NCBI GenBank assembly: GCA_001179505.1
Contig: CDMY01000821.1
Coordinates: 1-64,000, forward strand
Reading direction: 5' to 3'
DNA length: 64,000 bases
From: Vitrella brassicaformis CCMP3155
Taxonomy: Eukaryota > Protista > Chromerida
In this document: positions 1 through 10,203 of the stretch, in pieces
How positions within the stretch are numbered: position 1 is the first letter of the stretch
Layout of the letters: every line of letters starts with the position of its first letter
Made by a program: the position numbers and the translations under genes
Notes under the pieces: generated by a model
Database searches by the model: none
Seen by the model: only the letters and a program-made list of their open reading frames with translations
Told to the model about the DNA's origin: nothing

Positions 1-163
1 ACCCCACCCGTCCCACCCCACCCACCACACTCAGACGAGTCTCTCTCTATATGCACAGTGCGATAGCTTCTGACGCAGTGAGGCAGTGACAGCCAGACTG
101 ACATATGTACACCCACCCTCAGAAGGCAGTCCCGCTATCGCTAGCCGCTGATGTCGATCCATT

Positions 164-1021
164 CTATGGCGCTCCCTGCAGGGACTGGCCTCTCCCGCCA
201 TCCGCACCACCCGTCTTGTAACTGGCGAACAGCGCGTCGATCTCCACCGAGTAGTCCATTGCGGGCCCGCGGCCGCGGCCTTTGCTGCCCCGTGATGAGC
301 GCACAGATCGCTGAGCCGACCCGGTGGCCGTCTTCTTCGCAGCCCGGCCCTTCTTCTTCGCTGAGGCCGCCGCAGCAGTGGGTGTGGTCTTGCTATGCCC
401 ATCTCCGTCGCCATGCCCCTGTGCTCCTTCTCCCGCCTCTATCGTCGCCCAGGCCTCCGCCTCTCCCCATTTGCCGACCTGACCGGCGCCCTCCCCTGCG
501 TCACCACCCGGCTGTCCCGTCCCCATGATCTGCGAAGCCTCCCGCTTCCGTTGATAGTGGTTGCGGTGGCGACCGCGGCCCTCGAACTTCACACGCTCAG
601 CGCTCTCTGACGGCCGCTTCCTGGTCGTGGAGCCGAGGCTGAGCAGCAGCGCACGGGCAGCATCCGTGCCAGCCGGGGGAATATACAGGGATGGCACTGC
701 TGCCGCAGCCGATGCACCGCCCGATGCGCCACCCGATGCACCAGCCGGTGCGCCACCCGATGCGCCGCCCGATGCACCAGCCGGTGCCGCCGACGATGCA
801 AATGCATAGGCCTGATGCTGAGGGATGCCGAACAGGGCCTCGGCTGCAGACCAGGTGGCAGTCGAGGGTGTCGTGGTGTTGTCGTGTTCTAAGAAGAGAG
901 CCGCGGACGTCTGCCCCTCTCCCGCCCTTGGGATCGGCAGGGAGAGCGCGCCCCGCTGGTCTTCTCCATCCATTCTCCTACACCATCTTTCCTCTATCGC
1001 CTCCCTGAGCTCGCACAGCAT
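164..1021 (-). CDS. Hypothetical low-complexity (Ala/Gly/Lys-rich) protein
   Basis: Long stop-free frame 164..1228; most plausible ATG at 1021 (MLCELREAIEE...). It lacks intron-type microsatellites and lies head-to-head with the BRO1 gene. No recognisable domain. Confidence 0.4.
   Translation of the reverse strand: MLCELREAIEERWCRRMDGEDQRGALSLPIPRAGEGQTSAALFLEHDNTTTPSTATWSAAEALFGIPQHQAYAFASSAAPAGASGGASGGAPAGASGGASGGASAAAAVPSLYIPPAGTDAARALLLSLGSTTRKRPSESAERVKFEGRGRHRNHYQRKREASQIMGTGQPGGDAGEGAGQVGKWGEAEAWATIEAGEGAQGHGDGDGHSKTTPTAAAASAKKKGRAAKKTATGSAQRSVRSSRGSKGRGRGPAMDYSVEIDALFASYKTGGADGGRGQSLQGAP
709..800. repeat. Degenerate 12-nt tandem repeat (ccgatgcrccrc) with a near-duplicated ~32-nt block
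   Basis: cccgatgcgccacccgatgcaccagccggtgc is repeated with one change; it encodes PAGASGGASGGA twice in the minus-strand ORF. Confidence 0.8.
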
Positions 1022-1124
1022 TCCGTGAAACAGCTCTCGAGGCAGAACTTGAGGCGACCATCGGATCTGCCTCCTTACTGACACCGACAGCTCTAGGCGC
1101 CCACTAGCTTGTGTGCAGACTGAA

Positions 1125-3577
1125 ATGTGGATTCTGTATCCGCTGGACTTCCCCAAGTGCTGCGGCCGCTTCGCCTTCGAAGATCTCTTTGATCTCAAGA
1201 ACGTCTTCCGGCTGTCCGAGGCCAGCAAGAGCAGAGATGTGTTCGTTCAGGCTGTCAACCTCGGCCAGCCGGGGGCCCTGCGCGTCCTGGACGAGGGCGC
1301 GGCCTACCTGCCGCATTTGCTGGCGGTCATCCAGGCGATTGATGCACCCATTGTGCCCAAGGCCGCCGCCTCCTCGCGAGGCGTCAAGAACCTCCGCGTG
1401 TCTGTAAGTAAGATGCACAGGGGGCAAACTAACGACCATGCATGAATCCACATCATTGAGTGGTACGCGGCGGTGATGCGTGTGTGTTTGTGTGTGTCGG
1501 TCAGTGGCGGTCGTTCCTGAACACGCCGGCACAGCCAGTCTTCAAACAGTTCCAGAGGTCGGCCAGACAGCCAGGCACTCACCAGCCGCCTTGTTCACCT
1601 GTGAGTGACGTGTGTGTGTGTGTGCGTGTATGTGGCTGTTGGTTGGTGCAGCGTCCGTCAGGCGTTGTCGTACGAGCTGACGATGGTGCTGTGCACTTTG
1701 GCTGCTGCCCAGATCGTGCAGGCACAGAGGGGGCTGGCTGAAGCACAGATGGAGGACATCCCGGAGGGAGCCATCACGGTAGGCACGACGGACGCACACC
1801 TCACACCTCACACCTCACTCATTCCACATACAAAGGAAGGGATCGAGGAGCTTTCTGCATGTGTATACATGTGTGTGTGTTGTGTGTGGCCATCCATCTC
1901 ATCGATCTGATCAGTCTGCGGTGTCTTTTTGTGCCAAGAGTGCCGGCCTCTTCCAGCACGCACAGGAGACCACACCGGTAGGTAGTGCACTACATGCAGC
2001 ACTTGACGGACGGACGCGACAGACACCTGACCTGATGCACCTCACCGCACCTCGACTGACACAGACAGCATCCATTCATTCATTCATTGATTCTGTGTGT
2101 GGGTGTGGGTGTGGTTGCGTGTATGTTATGTGTCCCCCGGATGGCTGGTGTGTGCTGTGCTGTGCTGTGCCTACCCTACAGGAGTCGCTGCTGGATCAGA
2201 TAGAGCTGGTGCAGTGCCCTGAGGTCTACCCGAAAGTCCTTCATGGGTACGTTACCACCACAGTCAGCTTCCACTCATTCCTCTCCACGTGTAGTGAGTG
2301 TATGTGTGTCGTTCTGCACGGCAAGTGTGATATATGGGTGCCACCGATGGGTTCATTCATTCATTCCTGGCTGTGCTATGCTGTGCTGTATGTGTGTGTC
2401 TATGCTATGCAGGATGATGGCGTATGCCCAGATGTGCACGCAGCAGCTGAGCTACGAGCACGCGCGGCGCAAGGGCAGCGTCAACCACACCTTGCTAGGC
2501 AAAATCGCCCTCTGTGTGGGAGACCTTTCGGACAAGACACTCGCAGCACTCAGAAGTAAGTTGCTCACACCACACCACACCACATCACACCACATCACAC
2601 CGCCCTATAGCATAGCCGGCCGCTGTCTGTCTGCATCTTTGCATGTCCTGTGTGCGGTTGGTTGGTTGGTTTGTATGTCCGTCCATTCATTAGGTGTGCC
2701 TGAGGGTATCTGTGGAGGGTTGGTCATCCATCTGCAGGGGTGCTCGTCGCTCTACCGGGCCATAGGCTGGAAACACATCGCCATGGCCGAGTGGGAGAAG
2801 GAAGCTTACGTACGTCAGTCAGCAAAGAGCGGAGCGGAAGGGACGCAGCGTATACGCCCAAGCCCATGATTTGCGTGTCTGGCTCTGCGTGTGTGTATGT
2901 GTATGTGTGCAGGGCGTGGCTGTGACGTACGTCAAGCAGGCCAGCGCTTATGTTGCCAAACGTAAGGAAGGAGTCGCCAAATGCCTCCCAGGGAACGATA
3001 ACACATTCCTTCTGGCCGGCTGCGTGCGGATGTCAGTGCGTCAAGGCCTTGCTGCTGCACCGCTGCCGCACCTGCGGAACATCGTGGACAGGTACACTCA
3101 CAAACACACACACGCACACACAGACACGCACACACCCGGCAGACAGGCAAACAAGACGCTGCCATTTGTCTACCGATTTGTCTGCCTGCCTTGCCGTCAA
3201 TAGAGAGGTGGCGGAGGTCACGGCCGTGTGCAACGAGTAAGCAACAACACGGCGCCCACCGACACACCATGGTGGCTGGCAACCCATCACCTCTCAAACG
3301 TTTGTGTGAATGCATGGCTATCCATCCCCCTCCTTGTCTGTCCGTCTGCAGGTATGAGAACGACAACAACAATGTGTATTTCGCGACCGCCCCGCGCTTC
3401 TCGTCGCTGGTACCCGTCCACGGTGCCTTTGTCAGGGGGCCGGAGAAGTTCGTCGATCCCGAGCCAGCCTTCACGCCCGACATGCTCATGGAAGACAACA
3501 AGGAGGACCCAGATGCAGCCAAGAGGGGCGGCGGGCTGTTCGGACTCTTTAGGAAAGGCAGCGGCACCAAACCGTGA
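1125..3577 (+). CDS. BRO1-domain (BROX-like) protein, multi-exon
   Basis: Exons give MWILYPLDFPK..., WRSFLN, ALSYELTMVLCTLAA, FCAKSAGLFQHA, CPEVYPKVL, MMAYAQMCTQQLSYEHARRK and a terminal YENDNNNVYF, matching the BRO1-family (Y/C)ERENxFIYF motif. GT-AG introns; TGA at 3575-3577. Confidence 0.8.
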
Positions 3578-3979
3578 GTGGATGAATGAGTGGCATATAT
3601 CCGTGTCAGTCAATGCGGGATGGAAGACCAGCAAGCTGCATTGCATATGTATGTATGTCAGTGTGTACTCATATACATATACGCAAGGTGCATGCGATGC
3701 AAAGCTGTGTGTCTGAGCGTTTTTTCGTCCGCGCTTCAATTTGTGTGTTTGGTTTTTACAACGGTTGGTTGGTTCACACAGACGATCGAGAGGAAGGCAA
3801 GGCGCGCATGGCATCACATGACATGATGTGGTGCCGTCAGTCAAATCAAATCAATGACCTGTGAAAGTCATCCGCCCGATCCGAGGGCTTTACTTACCAA
3901 CCACTACGCACACAAGCAATACACACGTGGGCACATATATGATCGTTCCATCGATCGATCCATTGACTACTCACCCAGC

Positions 3980-4423
3980 CATCTGTCTCATCAATTCATG
4001 CATCCATCCATCGCACTCACACCTTCAGCTTCCCTCCCCTCTGCTGATCCTCCTCGGCTCGACAGCAGCACGTGTGCAAGCAAGCGCACACAGACAGGTA
4101 GGTATCACTCTCACTACTCAGAGCGTTCGGTCGGTCAGTGTCGGTCGGTCACTCGCGCCCATGAAGCACAGGTCAGCGGACAAACCAAATCCCTTTGACT
4201 GATTGATACCGATGTGGCAGTCAAGTCGCCTGACTATCTAAATGTAACGAATACATATGGGCGCAGTGCGTACGTACGGCGCGGCCGCCTGGCAGTCAGT
4301 CCGACAAAGACCTGGCCTGACCTACTCTCACTGCCAGCCACTCAGGTACACACACTCACACACACACACACACACACACATCTGTCTGTCTGTCTGTCCT
4401 TCTGTCTGCAGGTCACTGTGTCA
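3980..4423 (+). repeat. Dispersed ~440-bp repeat, copy 1 (inverted copy at ~49285-49730)
   Basis: Long near-identical stretches to the reverse complement of 49285-49730, e.g. gtcactcgcgcccatgaagcacaggtcagcggacaaaccaaatccctttgactgattgata and ctctcactgccagccactcaggtacacacac. Confidence 0.92.
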
Positions 4424-4922
4424 CCGGTCCACAAGCACACATGCACCTGCTCTGCGGGTAAGTGCACTGGCTGGCCTAACTGCAATGATGCTACATTGGA
4501 CATACATACCTAAACAAGTCAGTGCGATGTGCGATGCAGCATAACTGACGGATGGACGGGGACACGCAAGGGGCTGGCAAGCCTTCAAACTCGATCAGTC
4601 GGTCCTGTGTCCCACACTACACAAAAAAAATCGTCGTGTCCCCATGCCCCTATGACCCCCTCTCCCCTTCCCCCCACGCACACAAACATCCACTCACACC
4701 CACACACACACTCACACACACACACAGACGAAGAGGCGACAGACAGACAGACAGACAGACAGGGAGACAGAAAGACAGACAGACAGACAGACAGCAAGAG
4801 AGAGAGCAGACAGCCAACCAAGAAAGTAAGCAACCAGGGGGTACACTTAAAAAACAGCCGGACAAGAGCCGAGTATACATAACATGCACACCAGCCGGAC
4901 AAGAGCCGACTCTTCTAGCCCG

Positions 4923-7900
4923 TCAGGGCGTCGGCACATCCACCGACGGCTTGGCCTCCTCGGCGGCCGACTCGGCCTCGGCCTCGGTAGCAGGTGCGGG
5001 TGGCGGAGCAGGCGAGGCCTCGTCTTGGGCAGGGGCGGGGGAGCTGTCGTCTTGGGCGGGGGCGGGGGCAGCGCCGTTGGGGAAGATGGGGCGCAGGCGG
5101 TGGTGGTCGCGGGGGAAAGGGGTGCGGCGCTGGGGCGGCTTGCCCGTCAGACCGTACTTACGGTTCACCTGACAGGACAGGCGACACGCATGTCCAATGC
5201 AGACACTGTCTGTCTGTCTGCTGTCTGTCTGCGTGTTGGTGGGGTGCAGTGCATGTCATGTCACCAGTCAGTGCCTGTGCACACCATACCTGCTCCATCT
5301 CTTCGTCGAGCTCGAGGAGGTCCCCCTCCATGTCAGCGTACACCTGGATGGATTGCATGGATGGATGGCCGACAGAGAGGCAGACAATGGATGGATGGAT
5401 GATTCGATCCCTCCCTCCCTCAGTGTTTCTTGTGCTCACCTCTTTGTACTGGAGGTGGGTGTCAATTATCTCCTTTGCGAGCGATACGTTGGCCCGCTTC
5501 CCACACAACTCGTAGCTGCACCGGTCGGGGTGGTACCTACACCCACACCACCCACACCACACAACAGACGCCACAAAGTCCACAAGCCCATGGATCCACC
5601 TTGCCCCGTCTAAACCCGTCCCTCCCTCCTTTGCAGCCGTACGTACGTCATTTTGAAGATGCCGGACGTCTGGGCCACCTCCCTCTCAGACAGCCGCCCC
5701 TTGTTGTGGTAGTGCATACGCCTGGACGGCCTCTCGCCACCACCACCATCTTCACCACCAGCAGCACCGTAGGGAGGCGAGCCGTCATCGTCTCGCGGGC
5801 GGTGCGGGTTGATCCACATGAAGTCATCCTTGGTGAGGGTCACGTGCTCGCTCACGAACTCAAAAGCCGCTCTGGCGCGCCCCAGGGTGTCTTGGGAGCG
5901 GCCGAATATCCTGACCTTCGCCATGCCGTCAACCGAGTTCAACACGCGAATGTCAACCTGACAACAGCGACAATATGTGTGTGTGCATGTGTGTGATAGA
6001 ACCGACCGATCTCGCCCACCCACCCACCCACCTTGAAGTCGCTTTCGATCTGCTTGATGTGCTGTCCGTCTTTGCCGATGTGCAAACCGACCATGCTCTC
6101 GGGCACCTCGAACTCGAGCTGCTGGCTCTCCTCGTACTTGGTGCGGTGGGCCTCGAGGGCCTTGAGCTGCAGCGCCGGGCTGTGCTTGTGCTCCTGGATG
6201 TGTGCCGGGTGGTTCTTTTGTCTGTTGTTGTACTGGTAGACCGCCTCAGTGGTCTCCTTGCCGTCGGCGGTCTTCTGGGGCCGTCGCGCTTTGCTGGCCT
6301 TGGGTGACGCCTCACTGGCCGGCGCAGATGGGACGGATGCGGCTGAGGGTGGCGGGGCAGCACTGAGAGGCTTCGGTGAGGACTCCGACGGGCCCGACTT
6401 GTCCTCGTGAGATGAAGTCTTCTTGTCGTAGGAGCTGGCGGCCTTCTTGCCCTTCTTGCCCCGGGTCACCACAACCCACCAGTCATCGGACGCCGCGGGC
6501 CTCTCCTCAGGCTTGGCCTCCTCCTCCTTGCCCTCTGCCACCAGTGGCGCCGGAGAGACCTCTGCTGGTGCAGCGTCCTCAGCAGCAGCAGCCGTGTTAG
6601 ACGTCGGCACGTCCACTGGCGGGTTGGCCTCCTCGGCGGCCGGCTCGGCCTCGGCCTCGGTAGCAGGTGCGGGTGGGGGAGCAGGCGAGGCCTCGTCCTG
6701 GGCAGGGGCGGGGGAGGGGGAGGCACCGTCGTTGGTGGGCGATTCTGAGCTGGGCTTGGTCTTCCTCTTCTTCTTGTTCTTCCGCTTCTTCTTCTTGCCC
6801 GCGCCCCCCTCTTGCTGGCTGCCCTGCACGTCCTCCTCGGCCTTCTCGTCAGTCTCCTCGCCTCCCTCCTTGGTGCCGTCGGTAGCAGCCGCACCATCAC
6901 CCTCAGTAATCTTGCCCTCGCCGCCTGGGCCATCCTCCTTGGACTCCTCGGTGCCCCCGTTCATACCGGTCTCCTCGACACGGGGCGACGCCTCCTCCTT
7001 CTCGACGACCGGCTCAGGGGCAGCCTGGGCCTCGACCTCGCCCTCGAGGGAAGCAGCGGGCTCGCGGGCCTGGTCGGCAGCAGCGACTTCTGCTGGCGCT
7101 GGTGCGGCTGCTGCAGCTGCTGGTGCAGGGGCGTCGTCAGCGTCGCCAGCGTCTCCGGGGGCTGGGGTCTCTTGCTGTCCAGCTGCCGCTTCGGCCGCCT
7201 TGCGGGCTTTCTTCTTGGCCCGGCGCCTCGCCGACTTGGACAGCGTCGAAGTGGCAGCTGCCGCAGCGGCAGGGGCAGCGGGGGATTCGCCGCCCTCGTC
7301 ATTCTCGCCCACTCCAGCCTCTCCCTCACGCTCTCCCTCGCCCTCTCCCTCCTGCTGGTTTCCCCCCGTCTCGGCAGCCGACTCCTCCCGGGGGGCACAC
7401 GACTCAGCCGCAGTGGCGTCGACAGCCTCGGGCACGGGTGGGGGCTGGGTGTCAGCAGCCTCTGTGGGGGTCGGTTCTGTGTCGGTACCGTCCTGGGATG
7501 GTGCAGCCGGTGGGCTGGCAGCAGGTCGGTTTGTGGCTCCATCGTCGGCGGGGGGAACTATCCACGATGATGGGCGCCGCGACTTGTTGTTGCTGTGGTT
7601 GTTTGCGGGGGATACCGACGACCCGACAGAGCGACCTGCAGTGCAGCAAGGAAGACACATCACATGCACACATGGATGGATGGATGTGCAGGTCAGGTCG
7701 TTCGGTCAAAAGCCTGCTCACCTTGAGTACTAGCAGACGCGCGCTGCTGGGGTGGCACCGATCGCATGGTGTTACCTTCAGAGCGGGCGCACTCGCGGGC
7801 CAGGGCGGCCTCCACAACACCGTTCCCACCATCAGCATCACCACCTCCCCGTCCGCGGTCTCGCCCTATTCTCCGGCCGCGCCCGCCGACAGGCCCAGTG

Positions 7901-9200
7901 CTCGAGGTGCCCCCAGTGACCGCCACACGCGCACGAGTTGAGCACACACCCCCAAACACGTCGACCTGACAATACCCAGACAGGCACAAGATACCACACA
8001 CGACATGAGACGGACTGACATGCCCACCATCCTCCCTCCCTCCCATCCATCCATCCATCCGCTCCTCTCACTCACCTCGTCAAATTGATCCACGGGGGCT
8101 TTCACGTCCACAGGCGGGGTGGGGGCGTTGGAGGCCGAGGCCGCGTTGGCGCTCTGGCCGCTGCCCTTCTGCAGCAGCTGCATCGACCTTCCCTCCGACA
8201 TCGTCTCAGACGACGCAGCCGGGCTGGGCTCGGGTGACCTCGCCGGCGGCACGCGCACCTCGGGCGGTGTCGTCGTCAGCTCCTGCTTGGGGGGCTGCTG
8301 TGGCTGCTGCTGCTGCTCATCGATGTGAGCAGCCATGGCGGACACGAGCACCGCTGCACACATTCCGACAGCAGATGCACAAGGCCCCGTTTCGTACACA
8401 CATGTGTTTGTCTATGTCCGTGTGTGTGTCTATCTTCCGTACACACCTTCTGTGATGCCGTGAAGTCGGAGTATGAAGCCCAGGAACCAGCGGAATGGGC
8501 CGCCTGTTGTGAATTTCTTGAACTCGGCTACGACATGGGCCACTGCATGCGTACATCCCGACAGCAGATAGTGACAACCGCACATACGCCTCATCGATCC
8601 ACCACGCCCCTTCCATGTCATGTGCGTACCATCCGTCGCCAGTAGGGTGTCCAGATCGCCGTCGTCCGTGCTTGCCGCATGGCAGGGGTCCGTCTTAGAA
8701 GCCGCTGCACACAACACACAACACACAGACACACACACACACACACACAAAACACACAACACACACGTGTGTGCAGATCCCCACGTGTGTGCATGTGCTC
8801 CCTCCCTCTCACCCGTCGAGTAGTAGGCAGCGAATGCCCGTGTGTGCGCCATGCCGGGAAGGAAGGCCGCGCCGGAGAACATCTGAAGCGGCCCGCACAG
8901 ACGAAACATCAGAGAGAGGCCGCAAAGGGATAGGCCGCCTACTTACTGATGCCTTGTGTGTCGCAGGGAATCGAAGAGGGACCTGAAGCACACACAGGCA
9001 GACAACCCGACCATCACATACGCAGAGACACCAGACAACACGCAGTGGACACCCACTGGCAGATCCATCCATCGAAATGGACCCTCTCTCCCTGACGTCG
9101 CCCGCCCTCTCTGTCCAGCACCCCATCCTGCCTCCCCGCTGACTTTCAACGCGCCTCTCACGCCCATGTGACGCTTCCCTCTCACGGCCAGCCCCACCAT
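4923..9200 (-). CDS. KH-domain RNA-binding protein with FMR1/FXR-like C-terminal core and long acidic Ala/Pro/Lys-rich region (5' end uncertain; ATG 8336 or upstream exons to ~9200)
   Basis: KH1: EFEVPESMVGLHIGKDGQHIKQIESDFK|VDIRV, then VRIFGRSQDTLGRARAAFEF and YELCGKRANVSLAKEIIDTHLQYKE|VYADMEGDLLELDEEMEQ; stop at 4923-4925. Upstream exons at ~8444-8990 splice in frame (gaag|gtgtgt...tgcag|cggtgctc). Confidence 0.8.
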
Positions 9201-10082
9201 CCATCCCAGGACTGAGCTGCCCCTCCTGACCTACACTCCCTGTCTGTGCCGTACCTCACCGTGGTGGGTGCACGTGGGCGAGAGGGAGGTAGAGGGAGGG
9301 GGAACCGAACCGACGAACAGTCCGAGAGGCCACGAGGCGGGGATCAGCCGCTGCAGGCTCGACAAGACTAACGGGCTACACAGGCCGACAGGCCGTCACA
9401 GGCGGTCACGGGCCGTCGCACAGGCCGTCTGCCTCTGCCGGGAGGAGGGTCTTCCACTCCCCTCTCACATGCGAGCTTGTGCTCGTTCTTAACCAACCAC
9501 TGGCAGCAGATCTTTGTCTTTAGGCTACATCAAACATGCAGACATGTAGACAATGAATGCATCCGGTTCCGTTTGTGTGCAGATCCTCTCGTGTGGGATG
9601 GCGAAGGGAGTGCTTTGCTTCCTTGCTGCAGGGGAGACAACCCATCATCCCTCGCTCTCTCGGATCCATGAGTGTATCTCCCTGCTGTCTGTTGTGGAGT
9701 CTCGCAAAGGACCATTGGTGCTCATCAGTGTCCTCTCCTTTCACCGACAGACAGCCCACGATGGGTCAAAACATCAGTCTGCATCGACACTCAAAAGGGT
9801 CATGCATACATGGTTCTTCCGAGACACACACACATACATACATACATACATACATACATGTACACGCATCAGTCACATCACGGCAAGGAAAAAATGGTCA
9901 CTTCACGTCAGGCATGGAGGAGTCCAGTTGAACGATCGATGGATGTCTGCCGGACCCCACACCACACACACCAAGACCGATGCAATCCGATGCAATCATT
10001 GCAGTCAGCACCGCCTGGTGACTCACTCCTTACTGACTGGCTGACTGATTGCATTTGACACCTCGCGCAAACACTCAGGGTC

Positions 10083-10113
<31 letters not shown>

Positions 10114-10203
10114 ATCCATCCATCCATCCATCATACAGCATACATACATCCACCACACACGATAGGATACACCGTCCGTGGTCGAGTGAATGGATCGGAT
10201 CGA

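Noticed and set aside
4214-4544. Small protein-coding gene in the dispersed repeat (ORFs 4214-4513, 4257-4544 and their counterparts at 49195-49497)
   Set aside because: The two copies differ by frame-breaking 4-nt indels and the translations diverge; there is no coding constraint.
6447-7733. 428-aa plus-strand ORF and other overlapping long ORFs (6812-7570, 7102-7941)
   Set aside because: Antisense shadows of the GC-rich, low-complexity KH-protein exon; the minus frame carries the KH motif and splice sites.
9480-10100. Plus-strand ORFs between the KH gene and SBPase
   Set aside because: No consistent exon chain or domain; compatible with UTR or promoter sequence.
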